From: Escherichia coli
GTDB lineage: Bacteria > Pseudomonadota > Gammaproteobacteria > Enterobacterales > Enterobacteriaceae
Assembly (NCBI RefSeq): GCF_003018235.1
Contig: NZ_CP027437.1
Direction: 5' to 3' (one strand)
DNA: 64,000 nucleotides
Of this stretch, positions 49,803 through 62,937 are shown piece by piece. The position numbers and the translations under genes were made by a program. Under the pieces are notes generated by a model, which saw only the letters and a list, made by a program, of their open reading frames with translations, was not told the DNA's origin and did not search any database. Position 1 is the stretch's first letter. Each line of letters opens with the position of its first letter.

Positions 49803-50489
49803 TTACTTCTGCCCGTAATAAGCGTTGGGACCATGCTTACGCATGAAGTGTTTATTCATCAGGAAGCTGTCGATGTGATTCAGTTGTGGGTTAATGCCGC
49901 GGGCAATCCACGCCATTTTTGCCACTTCTTCCATCACCACCGCGTTATGCACCGCATCGTGAGCATCTTTCCCCCAGGCGAACGGCCCGTGCTGGTACAC
50001 CACAATCCCCGGTGTATGCAGCGGCTCGGCGTTGCCCAGCGTTTCGATAATCACTTTGCCGGTGTTCAGTTCGTACTCACCCTGCACCTCTTCTTCGCTT
50101 AATCCGCGCGTACACGGGATATCACCAAAGAAGTAGTCGGCGTGCGTAGTGCCTAACGCCGGGATCGCCAGCCCCGCCTGCGCCCATGCGGTAGCATGAG
50201 TGGAGTGGGTATGGACAATACCACCAAGCGACGGATAACGACGGTAGAGTTCAAGATGCGTCGCGGTGTCGGAAGACGGACGATATTCCCCTTCCACCAC
50301 CTTGCCGCTCATATCGACCACTACCATATCGTCTGCTTTCATGGTTTCGTAGGCGACACCGCTGGGCTTGATCACCACCAGCCCGCGTTCGCGGTCAATG
50401 GCACTGACGTTGCCCCAGGTAAAGGTCACCAGCCCGTAGCGCGGCAGATCCATGTTGGCTTCAAACACCTGCTGTTTTAGCTTTTGCAT
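49803..50489 (-). CDS. ulaF: L-ribulose-5-phosphate 4-epimerase
   Basis: 228-aa product from [15 protein letters not shown]; class II aldolase/adducin fold. Confidence 0.9.
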   Translation of the reverse strand: MQKLKQQVFEANMDLPRYGLVTFTWGNVSAIDRERGLVVIKPSGVAYETMKADDMVVVDMSGKVVEGEYRPSSDTATHLELYRRYPSLGGIVHTHSTHATAWAQAGLAIPALGTTHADYFFGDIPCTRGLSEEEVQGEYELNTGKVIIETLGNAEPLHTPGIVVYQHGPFAWGKDAHDAVHNAVVMEEVAKMAWIARGINPQLNHIDSFLMNKHFMRKHGPNAYYGQK

Positions 50490-51343
50490 TATGCCGCCTC
50501 CACCATGCCCGCTTTCGCCATGCGCGCTTTCACCCAATCACGCGCTTTCGCCACTTCTGCCGCCGGGTCTTCCGCCGTTTCGCTCCACATCTCAATCAGG
50601 TACGGCCCGCAATAGCCACTCTGTTTGAGCGTTTCGAAGCAACGTTCGAAATCCACTACGCCTTCGCCAAATGGCACATTTTTGAAGACGCCTGGTTTGG
50701 TGTCTTTCACATGCACCGCGACGATATGCCCAATTCCGGCCTGCAATTCCATCTGCACGTCGTTGTCCCACGCCGACAGGTTGCCGATATCCGGGTAGAG
50801 CTGGAACCACGGATTGTTGAGATAGTGCGCGTAGCCCAGCGCCTTGCTGATGGAGTTCATCAACGGATAATCCATGATCTCCATCGCCAGCGTCACCTGC
50901 GCGCGGCTTGCCATCTCAACGCTCTCTTTCAGGCCGTCACGGAAACGACGACGCGTTTCGTTATTGGCTTCCTGATAGTAAACGTCATAGCCCGCCAGCT
51001 GGATCACGCGAATGCCGACGTCCTGGGCGAACTGGATAGCTTTACGCATAATCTCCAGCCCCTGCGCCCGCACCGCGTCATCTTCGCTACCCAGCGGGAA
51101 ACGACGATGAGCAGAAAGGCACATAGACGGTACACGCACGCCGGTTTCAACAATCGCATTCACCAGCGCCAGACGCTGCTCGCGGCTCCAGTCGAGGCGC
51201 GACAGGCGATCGTCAGTTTCATCTACCGACATCTCGACAAAATCGAAGCCTAACGTTTTTGCCAGTTGCAGCCGTTCCAGCCAGCACTCCCCGGCGGGGA
51301 GCGCTTTTTCATAGATGCCAAGCGGGATTTGTTTGGACAACAT
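50489..51343 (-). CDS. ulaE: L-ribulose-5-phosphate 3-epimerase
   Basis: 284-aa xylose-isomerase-like TIM-barrel ORF. Confidence 0.9.
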   Translation of the reverse strand: MLSKQIPLGIYEKALPAGECWLERLQLAKTLGFDFVEMSVDETDDRLSRLDWSREQRLALVNAIVETGVRVPSMCLSAHRRFPLGSEDDAVRAQGLEIMRKAIQFAQDVGIRVIQLAGYDVYYQEANNETRRRFRDGLKESVEMASRAQVTLAMEIMDYPLMNSISKALGYAHYLNNPWFQLYPDIGNLSAWDNDVQMELQAGIGHIVAVHVKDTKPGVFKNVPFGEGVVDFERCFETLKQSGYCGPYLIEMWSETAEDPAAEVAKARDWVKARMAKAGMVEAA

Positions 51344-51352
51344 ATCCGCTCC

Positions 51353-52003
51353 TTAGCCCCACAGTTCGGCGATGGAACGTTTGAACTGACGCGCGGCTTC
51401 AACCGGAGAAGCGGCATCACGGATACTACGGCCCGCGATAAAGACGTGAATCGGAATGCCTTTGAACAGCGGCAGATCTTCCAGCGCCAGGCCACCGGTG
51501 ACGGTGACTTTGAAGCCCATATCGGAAAGACGTTTGATCGCGGTAATGTCCGCTTCGCCCCACGCCACGCCAGCGGCCTGTGCGTCACGGCTGCGGTGAT
51601 AAACCACCTGCTGAATACCTGCGTCGCGCCACTGTTGCGCCTGTTCCCAGGTCCAGTAGCCAGTCAGTTCGATCTGCACGTCGCCGTTAAACTCTTTTGC
51701 CACGTCCAGCGCGCCTTTGGCGGTGTTGATATCCGCACAGCAAATCACGGTCACCCAGTCAGCGTTGGCTTCGAAGCACATACGCGAAAGGATTTTGCCT
51801 GCATCGGCAATTTTGGCGTCTGCCAGCACGATTTTGTGCGGGTAAAGCGCTTTCAGATCGCGAACCGCACGCACGCCTTCGCCCACGCACAGAATGGTAC
51901 CCACTTCGATAATGTCGACTTCTTCGGCAATCAGGCGAGTGGTTTCATAGGCGCTATCCATAGTCTGGTTGTCCAGCGCGACCTGCAACATCGGTAATGA
52001 CAT
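51353..52003 (-). CDS. ulaD: 3-keto-L-gulonate-6-phosphate decarboxylase
   Basis: 216-aa product from [16 protein letters not shown]; ORF-track start is an upstream extension. Confidence 0.9.
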   Translation of the reverse strand: MSLPMLQVALDNQTMDSAYETTRLIAEEVDIIEVGTILCVGEGVRAVRDLKALYPHKIVLADAKIADAGKILSRMCFEANADWVTVICCADINTAKGALDVAKEFNGDVQIELTGYWTWEQAQQWRDAGIQQVVYHRSRDAQAAGVAWGEADITAIKRLSDMGFKVTVTGGLALEDLPLFKGIPIHVFIAGRSIRDAASPVEAARQFKRSIAELWG

Positions 52004-52016
52004 TTTCAATTCCTTC

Positions 52017-52481
52017 TTAAGCTGCCGCGTTGGTGCGGTCAATGAGATCCAGTACTTCCTGCTCGGTACGGCAGGCACGTAAACGGTCGAAATTCTCTTC
52101 ATCTTCAAACAGATTGACGATCTGCATGATGCCCACTTCCTGGTGAGTGTTGGCATCGACCGCCGCCATGGTGATGAGGATATCCACCGGATCGTTATCT
52201 TCGTGGTTGAACTCCAGCGGCTTTTTCAACGTTACCAGAGAGAAACCGGTTTTCTTAACGCCCTCTTCCGGGCGACCGTGCGGCATTGCCAGGCCTGGTG
52301 CGATAACGAAATAAGGACCAAACTGTTCAACGCCATCCAGAATCGCCTGGTAGTAACGCGGCTCTACCACATCTGCCGCTACCAGCAGGTCAACACCGAT
52401 TTTCACCGCTTCCTGCCAGGTATTTGCTTCGGCCTGCAGGCGGATAGATTTATTTTCAGCCAGCGAATCACGTAATTTCAT
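52017..52481 (-). CDS. ulaC: PTS ascorbate-specific EIIA
   Basis: 154-aa ORF. Confidence 0.9.
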
Positions 52482-52490
52482 GGCGCGTCC

Positions 52491-52796
52491 TTACTTCACA
52501 TCCTGCGGGAAATGCGCTTTGATCACTTCCAGCAGTTTCGGGCCAAAGTCAGCAGGAGAGAGCATGTTGCGCACGCCAACCACATATTTGTTGCCGGTCA
52601 CGGTGATTTCGCCCGCAATGTGCGTAGAAGCGATGATGATATCCGCGCCGCTCAACTCGCTTTTGTATTCGCCAACCGCGCAGCTGTTTACCGTGTGGTC
52701 AATGTTTGATTGGGTTAAAAACTGGTCCACTTTCATTTTCATGATCATGGAACTGCCTTGTCCGTTGCCACACACAGCCAGAATACGTACGGTCAT
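52491..52796 (-). CDS. ulaB: PTS ascorbate-specific EIIB
   Basis: 101-aa product [16 protein letters not shown] with phospho-cysteine motif. Confidence 0.9.
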   Translation of the reverse strand: MTVRILAVCGNGQGSSMIMKMKVDQFLTQSNIDHTVNSCAVGEYKSELSGADIIIASTHIAGEITVTGNKYVVGVRNMLSPADFGPKLLEVIKAHFPQDVK

Positions 52797-52811
52797 AATC
52801 AAAACTCCTTA

Positions 52812-54266
<1,455 letters not shown>

Positions 54267-54563
54267 TCACTCTAATTTTCAAAAGTAATCACAACAAGAT
54301 TATTTATGATTAAATGTGACGCGACCCGCAAATAATTCCACATGGATAGAGTGGGATTCACACAACGAAATAATTATTCATTTAAATTCATTTAGTTAAT
54401 TGAATTACACATTCCATTAAATCTTTCCACACTCAAAATAAACAACAACTTCCCTGGCAAAAAGTCAAAAAATGGTCATTGCCTTCCTGAAAAAATAGTG
54501 TCAGGATTAATCAAAACCAATCACATGTTGATTCGAATTGAACTATCATGAAGGTAAATGGCG

Positions 54564-55628
54564 ATGAGTAAAGTGAAAAGTATCACCCGAGAATCCTGGA
54601 TCCTGAGCACTTTCCCGGAGTGGGGTAGCTGGTTGAATGAAGAAATTGAACAAGAACAGGTCGCCCCTGGCACATTTGCGATGTGGTGGCTAGGCTGCAC
54701 CGGGATCTGGTTGAAATCAGAAGGTGGCACCAACGTTTGCGTTGATTTCTGGTGCGGCACTGGCAAACAAAGTCACGGTAACCCGTTAATGAAACAGGGT
54801 CACCAGATGCAGCGCATGGCTGGCGTGAAAAAACTGCAGCCAAACCTGCGCACCACCCCGTTTGTTCTTGATCCGTTTGCGATTCGCCAGATCGACGCGG
54901 TACTGGCGACTCACGATCACAACGATCATATCGACGTTAACGTCGCTGCTGCCGTGATGCAGAACTGTGCTGATGACGTACCATTCATTGGACCGAAAAC
55001 CTGCGTTGATTTGTGGATTGGCTGGGGCGTACCGAAAGAGCGTTGCATCGTGGTCAAACCGGGCGATGTTGTAAAAGTGAAAGACATTGAAATTCATGCG
55101 CTTGACGCTTTCGACCGTACTGCACTGATCACCCTACCTGCCGATCAAAAAGCGGCTGGCGTACTGCCAGATGGCATGGACGATCGCGCAGTAAACTACC
55201 TGTTCAAAACCCCTGGCGGTTCCCTGTATCACAGTGGCGATTCCCACTACTCTAACTATTATGCGAAGCACGGTAACGAACATCAGATCGATGTGGCGTT
55301 AGGCTCGTACGGAGAGAACCCGCGCGGTATTACCGACAAAATGACCAGCGCCGATATGCTGCGTATGGGTGAAGCCCTGAATGCGAAAGTGGTTATCCCG
55401 TTCCACCACGACATCTGGTCAAACTTCCAGGCCGATCCGCAAGAAATCCGCGTGCTGTGGGAGATGAAAAAAGATCGTCTGAAGTATGGCTTCAAGCCGT
55501 TTATCTGGCAGGTGGGCGGCAAATTTACCTGGCCGTTGGATAAAGACAACTTCGAGTACCACTATCCGCGTGGTTTCGATGATTGCTTCACTATTGAACC
55601 GGATCTGCCGTTCAAGTCATTCCTGTAA
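54564..55628 (+). CDS. ulaG: L-ascorbate-6-phosphate lactonase (metallo-beta-lactamase fold)
   Basis: 354-aa product from [12 protein letters not shown]; HDHNDH metal-binding motif. Confidence 0.9.
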
Positions 55629-55641
55629 TCTGTCGTTTATA

Positions 55642-55675
55642 CCGGATAGCGTGGAGTAGTTCGCGCTATCCGGCG
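55642..55675 (+). terminator. hairpin CCGGATAGCG/CGCTATCCGG after ulaG
   Basis: 10-bp perfect stem about 15 bp after the ulaG stop; no clear T-run. Confidence 0.35.
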
Positions 55676-55735
55676 TAGTATTTCCTGGCTATTTCAAATA
55701 TCATCTAAAAAAATCAAATTTTATCGGAATAGCTC

Positions 55736-56491
55736 ATGACTGAAGCACAAAGACATCAAATCCTCCTGGAAATGCTCGCACAATTGGGCTTTGTGACCGT
55801 TGAGAAAGTCGTTGAGCGTCTGGGAATTTCGCCTGCCACTGCGCGACGCGATATCAATAAACTTGACGAAAGCGGCAAACTGAAAAAAGTGCGCAATGGC
55901 GCAGAAGCTATTACCCAGCAGCGCCCACGCTGGACGCCGATGAATCTGCATCAGGCGCAGAATCACGATGAAAAAGTACGTATTGCTAAAGCGGCCTCGC
56001 AGCTGGTTAATCCGGGCGAAAGCGTAGTCATCAACTGCGGCTCCACCGCGTTTCTGCTTGGGCGGGAAATGTGTGGCAAGCCAGTGCAAATCATCACTAA
56101 TTATCTACCGCTGGCAAATTACCTGATCGATCAGGAGCATGACAGCGTGATCATTATGGGCGGACAATACAACAAAAGTCAGTCCATCACTTTAAGCCCG
56201 CAAGGCAGCGAAAACAGTCTCTATGCCGGGCACTGGATGTTTACCAGCGGCAAAGGGCTGACAGCAGAAGGGTTGTATAAAACCGATATGCTGACGGCAA
56301 TGGCAGAGCAGAAGATGCTAAGCGTGGTAGGGAAACTGGTGGTACTGGTTGATAGCAGTAAGATTGGCGAACGCGCGGGAATGCTTTTTAGCCGTGCCGA
56401 TCAAATCGATATGCTGATCACCGGCAAAAATGCTAACCCGGAAATCCTGCAACAACTGGAAGCGCAAGGGGTCAGCATTCTGCGTGTTTAA
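55736..56491 (+). CDS. ulaR: DeoR-family repressor of the ula operon
   Basis: 251-aa ORF with N-terminal HTH and DeoR C-terminal sugar-phosphate domain. Confidence 0.9.
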
Positions 56492-57237
56492 AGATGCTGG
56501 CGGAAAAATGTCACGGCAGCATCTAACGCCTCAGGCGTAATGCGGTGACGCACGCCTGGCTGCCATGAACAGGTTAGCAGTTTATCTCGTCCCGTCTCGC
56601 TTAAGGCCTGCTGCAAACGTAGTGATTCGTCGGCAGGCACGACGTCATCGTCAAGGCCATGCCACAGCAGTAGAGGTCTGTCACCAAGTTGTTCCAGGTG
56701 GTTTGTCGCTTCCCACTCTGCCAGCGGCGCGACAATGTTATTGAATTCATTCTGCTGTGCTGCCGTTTCAGGTATCAGCGGTGGAAACAGTGAACGGGCG
56801 AGCGATGTAAAATAGCCCGATCCCATCATGCTGGCGGTACATTTCACCGTGGGGTGGCGAGCGGTAATTCCCAGTGCCGTCATCGCGCCCATCGACGCGC
56901 CACCGACTGCCAGACGGTCATCACGCAGCCAGTTTTCTTCGGCTATTGCCGCACGTAAGGTAGTGAATTCCTGCATACTTTGTAGCAAGATTTGCCAGAA
57001 TTGATTTAACCGCCGCGCTGCGTCGCCACTAAAACGGCTACCGTGATCGGGCGCATCCGGCATGATCACCCGCAAACCAGCCTGCGCCAGCGCAACGGCA
57101 AAATAGCTATACACCAGACTGGACGAAGTAAAGCCGTGATAAAAAATCACACACGGTAACGGGGTATCTTTTTGCCCGACAGGATAAGCATGAAGAACGG
57201 GAATATCTGCCAGCTCGCGTGATTCTATTTCAATCAT
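56488..57237 (-). CDS. yjfP: alpha/beta-hydrolase esterase
   Basis: 249-aa ORF with GASMG nucleophile-elbow motif. Confidence 0.85.
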
Positions 57238-57418
57238 CTGTCTCTCCTTTTTGTCTGGTATGACATGAAGAAATCCTTAGCACAAGTTTCTGCTGGCGGT
57301 ATTAGTTCATAATGTTGAGATGTGGGTTACGCTTTCGTCACGTTTTCATTCGAAAATCGCGTACCAGGTAACAATTCGGGAACATTCCCCCAAAGTTAAA
57401 TTAATAAGGCACTACACT

Positions 57419-57748
57419 ATGGTTAGCAGGAAACGTAATAGCGTTATTTACCGGTTTGCCAGTTTATTATTGGTGTTGATGTTAAGTGCCTGTAGCGCAC
57501 TGCAAGGTACGCCACAGCCAGCACCGCCAGTAACCGACCATCCGCAAGAGATTCGCCGCGACCAGACGCAAGGGTTACAGCGAATAGGTAGCGTAAGCAC
57601 GATGGTTCGGGGTTCTCCGGATGACGCATTAGCAGAAATCAGAGCGAAAGCTGTCGCTGCAAAAGCTGATTATTACGTTGTCGTCATGGTGGACGAAACC
57701 ATCGTGACAGGACAGTGGTATTCACAAGCCATTTTGTACCGTAAATAA
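57419..57748 (+). CDS. bsmA: lipoprotein BsmA (DUF1471)
   Basis: 109-aa product from MVSRKRNSVIYRFASLLLVLMLSAC (lipobox). Confidence 0.8.
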   Translation: MVSRKRNSVIYRFASLLLVLMLSACSALQGTPQPAPPVTDHPQEIRRDQTQGLQRIGSVSTMVRGSPDDALAEIRAKAVAAKADYYVVVMVDETIVTGQWYSQAILYRK

Positions 57749-57896
57749 ATCAGACAACTTACATAGTCAGCTTTACATTGCTTTGCGTCCCTATGCGTTT
57801 ACCTGTGCACAATAAATTACCGGCTGGAAGCTCGGGCGTTTATTACCGCGATGGAATGCCCTGCAACATGTGGGGAAACGAAAAATGGAGCTGACG

Positions 57897-58172
57897 ATGA
57901 AACAATTACTTGCCTCACCCTCGCTGCAATTAGTGACTTATCCTGCGAGCGCCACGGCACAGTCTGCAGAATTCGCCAGTGCTGACTGCGTGACGGGCCT
58001 GAATGAAATAGGTCAGATCTCAGTTAGCAATATTTCAGGGGATCCGCAGGACGTGGAACGTATCGTGGCGTTAAAGGCCGATGAACAAGGTGCGTCATGG
58101 TACCGCATTATTACCATGTACGAAGACCAGCAGCCTGATAACTGGCGCGTACAGGCGATACTGTATGCATGA
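57897..58172 (+). CDS. yjfN: DUF1471 small periplasmic protein
   Basis: 91-aa product from MKQLLASPSLQLVTYPASA; same C-terminal pattern (ILYA) as yjfY and bsmA. Confidence 0.75.
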   Translation: MKQLLASPSLQLVTYPASATAQSAEFASADCVTGLNEIGQISVSNISGDPQDVERIVALKADEQGASWYRIITMYEDQQPDNWRVQAILYA

Positions 58173-58197
58173 GTATCATCTACAGCAAATGAACAAT

Positions 58198-58231
58198 GCC
58201 GGATGCGGCGCGAGCGCCTTGTCCGGCCTAT
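58198..58231. repeat. REP palindrome (GCCGGATGCGGCGCGAGCGCCTTGTCCGGCCTAT)
   Basis: Canonical REP inverted repeat between yjfN and aidB. Confidence 0.5.
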
Positions 58232-58288
58232 AATTTTCACATATTTCATTGAGTTAATTGAAACCAGCGTTGCATCAGTCGTATACGC

Positions 58289-59914
58289 TTACACACACAC
58301 TCCCCCCGTCGCCCGCAGCAATAAATCATTCTGGATCTGCTCTGACAACCGTACGCCGCCGCGCGTATCTAACATCACCTGACACCACGCCTGCGCCATT
58401 GGCGGAGAGGCATATTTCAACATTTGCGCACCGCAGCCCAGCAGGAATAGCTGATGAGTAATCTCTCGCCCCAGTTCTTCAGCAGGCTTACGCAGCTGCT
58501 GCTGTAAACGACGAACCGCGCGATCAAAATAGCGATCCTGCCCTTTCACTTCCACAAATGCTTCCGACAATAAGTCGTATACACCCGCTTGCTTATTGAG
58601 AACGCGCAGCACATCCAGGCACATAATATTACCGGAACCTTCCCAAATACTGTTTACCGGCATCTCCCGGTAAAGCCGCGGCAGCTCGCTCTCCTCGCAA
58701 TAACCAATGCCGCCCAGCACCTCCATCGCTTCGGCCACAAACGGCATACCTCGTTTGCAGATCACAAATTTCGCCGCAGGCGTAAATAAACGCGCCCACA
58801 GGGCTTCTTTGGCATCGGCACGCCGGTCCCACGCTCGCGCAAGACGAAACAGCAACGCCGTTTGCCCTTCAAGCTGAAGTGCCATGCGACTTAAGACATG
58901 ACGCATAAGGGGCTGTTGGATCAATGGATTACCAAAAACATGGCGTTGATGTGCATGATAAATCGCCAGCGAAAATGCACGGCGCATCATGGCATGGCTA
59001 CCCAGGGCGCAATCAAAACGCGTCATCCCCCCCATTTTCAGGATCAGACGAATTCCTTCCCCTTCCTGCCCCAACAACCAGCCAATGGCATCCTGAAACT
59101 CCACTTCGCAGCTGGCGTTAGAGCGATTACCCAGCTTATCTTTCAGCCGCTCGAGGCGAATCGCGTTGCGTTGCCCGTCAGGCAAAAAGCGCGGCACAAA
59201 AAAGCAGGACAAACCGCCCGTAGTCTGCGCCAGCACCAGATGCGCATCGCTTTGCGGCACCGAGAAAAACCATTTATGCCCCACCAGCCGATAAGAGCCA
59301 TCTTCCAGACGCTCTGCGCGGGTGGTGTTGCTCATGACATCGGAACCGCCCTGCTTTTCCGTCATTCCCATGCCAATCAACAAACCGCGTTTTTGCCCAC
59401 CTGGCAATAAGTGAGAATCGTAGCGATCGCTCAACAGCGGCGTGGTCCAGTCCTGAAACGGCGTGGGTAACATCTGTAACAACAATGGCGTGGCGGCAAA
59501 GGTCATGGTTATCGGACATAACGACCCTGCCTCAACCTGTGCGTGCAACATAAAACGCGCTGCGCGCGCCACAAATGCGCCGGAGCGAGCGTCTTCTTCC
59601 CAGGCAAGATTGTGCACCCGGTTGGTACATAGCGCCTGCATCAGCAAGTGCCAGGCGGGGTGAAAACGCACATCGTCCAGATGGCGTCCTTGCGCATCGT
59701 AGCGCAATAATTCAGGCGGATTCACATTCGCCAGCCGCCCCAGTTCAAGGGATTCAGCCGTTCCTAACTGCTGACCAATACTGGCTAGAAAATCGCTATC
59801 CCAGCCAGCACCTTCACGCGTTACCGCTTCGCAGAGCGCGCCATCAGACAGGTATAAGTTGCTGTTATTTAATGGTATAGGTTGATTAAAAACGGTGTGA
59901 GTTTGCCAGTGCAC
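58289..59914 (-). CDS. aidB: acyl-CoA dehydrogenase-like adaptive-response protein AidB
   Basis: 541-aa product from a GTG start (VHWQTHTVFNQ); acyl-CoA dehydrogenase fold. Confidence 0.85.
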   Translation of the reverse strand: MHWQTHTVFNQPIPLNNSNLYLSDGALCEAVTREGAGWDSDFLASIGQQLGTAESLELGRLANVNPPELLRYDAQGRHLDDVRFHPAWHLLMQALCTNRVHNLAWEEDARSGAFVARAARFMLHAQVEAGSLCPITMTFAATPLLLQMLPTPFQDWTTPLLSDRYDSHLLPGGQKRGLLIGMGMTEKQGGSDVMSNTTRAERLEDGSYRLVGHKWFFSVPQSDAHLVLAQTTGGLSCFFVPRFLPDGQRNAIRLERLKDKLGNRSNASCEVEFQDAIGWLLGQEGEGIRLILKMGGMTRFDCALGSHAMMRRAFSLAIYHAHQRHVFGNPLIQQPLMRHVLSRMALQLEGQTALLFRLARAWDRRADAKEALWARLFTPAAKFVICKRGMPFVAEAMEVLGGIGYCEESELPRLYREMPVNSIWEGSGNIMCLDVLRVLNKQAGVYDLLSEAFVEVKGQDRYFDRAVRRLQQQLRKPAEELGREITHQLFLLGCGAQMLKYASPPMAQAWCQVMLDTRGGVRLSEQIQNDLLLRATGGVCV

Positions 59915-59997
59915 TGTGTCTCCCTCCATCAATGGCAGTCACCCTTAGTATGGTCACTGCCATGGATTCCTGACAGAAAGAGATTGCTAAAACATTC

Positions 59998-61161
59998 TTA
60001 TCCAGCAATGTAATGCGGAACGAAACGTGAGGTGTCTTTGGTGATCAGCGTGTTATCTTCACGGATCCCCATTCCGCACGCTTCATCATCGACAATCCAG
60101 CTACCGATGAGTGTGTAGCTATCGCCAAATCGCGGCAGAGGTTGAAACGCCTGGTAGATCATCGGTTCATCGGCGTAATCACCATCAGCGTGGTCAACGA
60201 CGTTATTCTGACCGTCGAAAATGGTGACATTGCCGCCTTCGCGCGAGTAGATCGGTTTACGCACATAGCTTTCGCCAGCGGCAATCTGCGGTTTTTCGCC
60301 CTCAAACCAGGATGCAAGAAGGTTAGGATGACCAGGGAAGAAGCGCCAAAGCAGTGGCATTAGCCCTTTATTACTCAAGATACTTTTCCATAACGGCTCC
60401 ACCCATTGCTCGCGACGCTTGCGCAGCAGCGGACCGTTATCGTCACGCATCATCCACTCTAGCGGATACAGCTTAAATGCACGCTGGATGACATTATCAT
60501 CAAGATCGGTCAGTACACCGCCGACGCCCAAACCGAGATCTTCAATGTAGATAAACCGCGACTCCTGCCCTGCCTGCTGGGCGCAGTCCTGCAAATACAG
60601 CACGGTAGTCCTGTCTTCATCGGTGTCCTGACAGCAGCAAAAATAAAACGGTTCCCGACTGTAAAGCTCGCTAAAGCGTGAAATCAGGCGTTCCTGAATA
60701 GCATTGTACTGATCGGCATCACGCGGAATAATGCCGCTGCGCCGGGCATCTTCCAGCCACAGCCACTGGAAATAAGCCGATTCATACAACGAGGTTGGCG
60801 TATCGGCGTTGTACTCCAGCAGCTTCACCGGCGCATTGCCACACCAGGCAAAATCCATCCGGCCATACAGCGAAGGATCGCGTGCGCGCCAGCTTTCGGC
60901 GATCACATCCCAGTACAACGGAGGGATCGCCAGTTGCGTCAGGATTTCTTCGTCTTTAACCGCGCGATCCACCACCTCAAGGCACATCTGATGCAGTTCC
61001 GCAGTCGGTTTTTCGATCTGCTCTTCAATCTGGCGCAGGGTAAAGCGGTAAGCCCGACTCTCATCCCAATAGATTTCATTGTCGATGATATGAAAGTCGA
61101 AACCGTTGTCAGCGGCGATCTGGTCCAGATCCCGCCGTACAGGAACGTTGTGTCTCAGCAT
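59998..61161 (-). CDS. yjfC: glutathionylspermidine synthase-like ATP-grasp protein
   Basis: 387-aa product from MLRHNVPVRRD. Confidence 0.85.
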   Translation of the reverse strand: MLRHNVPVRRDLDQIAADNGFDFHIIDNEIYWDESRAYRFTLRQIEEQIEKPTAELHQMCLEVVDRAVKDEEILTQLAIPPLYWDVIAESWRARDPSLYGRMDFAWCGNAPVKLLEYNADTPTSLYESAYFQWLWLEDARRSGIIPRDADQYNAIQERLISRFSELYSREPFYFCCCQDTDEDRTTVLYLQDCAQQAGQESRFIYIEDLGLGVGGVLTDLDDNVIQRAFKLYPLEWMMRDDNGPLLRKRREQWVEPLWKSILSNKGLMPLLWRFFPGHPNLLASWFEGEKPQIAAGESYVRKPIYSREGGNVTIFDGQNNVVDHADGDYADEPMIYQAFQPLPRFGDSYTLIGSWIVDDEACGMGIREDNTLITKDTSRFVPHYIAG

Positions 61162-61163
61162 GA

Positions 61164-61802
61164 TTAGCCTCCCCAATGCCCACGGGCGCTGGAAGAACGA
61201 CCATAGCCGCCGCGAGAAACGGTTGACGCTTTTTTGGTGGTAAAGCCGCCCGAAGAGTAAGACTCTTTTTTGCCAGAACCGGAGCGCCAGGAGTAATCAC
61301 CGGAAGTGTTGCGCCAGACGGGGCGCGAAGCAAAAGAGGAACCGCCGCTGTTATAAACAAACTGCTCATCGCGATCTTTACGAATAACCCGGCTTAACAA
61401 AAATCCAGAAACGACCGGGATCCAACTCTGTTCAACGTTGTCGTAGTAACAATTTTCATACTTAGACTGGCAATTCTGCTGAGTCATATTCTTCGGAACA
61501 TCGGCATAAAACGCCGCTTTAGCGTTGTTCCAGCCATGAGCACAGATATCTGAATTATTACCGTCATCAATACAATCCTGCACAGTCGAGTAAAACGTTC
61601 CGTCGCCGTCGTTATCGACATCGCCACTATCGCCACAACCTTTCAATACGAAAAAAGCGGCTCCGCCCATTAGCGCCAACGTTAAGTATTTTTGTGCGTA
61701 GCGATTGCGACGCGGTTCAAAAGGATTATTCGGTCTGCCAATGCGACTGATCGCTCCGTGACCAATTTTACTGTTATTTCTTGATTTGCGTTTTCTGGCC
61801 AT
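61164..61802 (-). CDS. yjfM: uncharacterised protein (DUF1190)
   Basis: 212-aa ORF with Gly/Ser-rich C-terminus. Confidence 0.75.
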   Translation of the reverse strand: MARKRKSRNNSKIGHGAISRIGRPNNPFEPRRNRYAQKYLTLALMGGAAFFVLKGCGDSGDVDNDGDGTFYSTVQDCIDDGNNSDICAHGWNNAKAAFYADVPKNMTQQNCQSKYENCYYDNVEQSWIPVVSGFLLSRVIRKDRDEQFVYNSGGSSFASRPVWRNTSGDYSWRSGSGKKESYSSGGFTTKKASTVSRGGYGRSSSARGHWGG

Positions 61803-61811
61803 GATCGTCCA

Positions 61812-62210
61812 TTACCATGTCATACAAGCTGCGTTAAAAATACCACCAGCCAGTGCGGCGGTTCCCATAAACATTCCTGCTGCGGTATTGTGATTAATAA
61901 TTTTTTCGCTTAATGCGGGCATATAAAGTCTGACGCCAGCAAAAACGAGTAACTGAATCACCAGTGCGATCCCGCCCCAGGCAAAATAGTCTGGAATACT
62001 CACCGCATTGATTGCCGCACTGGATAAGGGGATCACGTAACCCAACAATGTACCGCTGAACGCCAGTGACGCCGCGGTATTATTGTTTTTGATTAACTGC
62101 CATTCGTTGTGCGGTGTAATTTTAGAATAGATAAACAGAAAAATAATCACCATAGCCACGCCAATAAAAAAATAGGCACTAAAGGCAAGAAGAGAATCCA
62201 GTATATGCAT
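61812..62210 (-). CDS. yjfL: DUF350 inner membrane protein
   Basis: 132-aa hydrophobic product from MHILDSLLAFSAYFFIG. Confidence 0.75.
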   Translation of the reverse strand: MHILDSLLAFSAYFFIGVAMVIIFLFIYSKITPHNEWQLIKNNNTAASLAFSGTLLGYVIPLSSAAINAVSIPDYFAWGGIALVIQLLVFAGVRLYMPALSEKIINHNTAAGMFMGTAALAGGIFNAACMTW

Positions 62211-62227
62211 TGTAAACGTCCTTGTAA

Positions 62228-62887
62228 TTAACCAATAATATGAAGTGATGTCAGCGGGATATCGACACCCAACGCGCGCGAAAATAACCACTCTGGCTCG
62301 CCGAGATCGTTAAAAGATTCCTCACCATTTAGCAGCAAATATTCGTAAGTATCTTCGGTTACTTGCCGTTGGTAGCCCATGGTAAAATTATGAACCTCCC
62401 ATTTGGCATGGTTTTGATTTTCTACTTTTTCCAGCATGTAGACGGGTTCGATATTTCCCGGTTCTTCGCTGTTAAAAAATCGCTGCCAGCGTTTTTCCTG
62501 CCAGTTTAAGGTCATTGCCCCTATCGCTTTGGCGTTGATCGTCTCGCGCCAGTGACTCTCTTTACTAATACCGTAGCTCTCTTCATAGACAAAGAGCTTG
62601 ATATCATCAATGTCATCAATATTTTCGCCGCCGGTGGTATTGATTTGCAGAAATTCATCGCCCGAAGTGTAGTAGCGGAAAATCTGGCTACCGCCGCCCA
62701 GATCGATGCGGCTGACGGCGGCTACCGTAAATTCCTCACCCGGCAGCGCAATCAGCAATTCATCTTCCAGCAAACGAAACGCTAACGTGTCGAGCGTAAA
62801 ACCACTATTGAGATGCAGACCCAGCGGACCGCGAGCGATAGCAGGCTTATTATCCTTGCCAAACAGACGCTGGAAAAAACCAGACAT
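62228..62887 (-). CDS. yjfK: uncharacterised protein (DUF2491)
   Basis: 219-aa ORF. Confidence 0.75.
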   Translation of the reverse strand: MSGFFQRLFGKDNKPAIARGPLGLHLNSGFTLDTLAFRLLEDELLIALPGEEFTVAAVSRIDLGGGSQIFRYYTSGDEFLQINTTGGENIDDIDDIKLFVYEESYGISKESHWRETINAKAIGAMTLNWQEKRWQRFFNSEEPGNIEPVYMLEKVENQNHAKWEVHNFTMGYQRQVTEDTYEYLLLNGEESFNDLGEPEWLFSRALGVDIPLTSLHIIG

Positions 62888-62937
62888 ATTTTATCCTTAA
62901 AATAGTTGCCAGCCTTGCAGTGAGGCTGGCAAAAAAA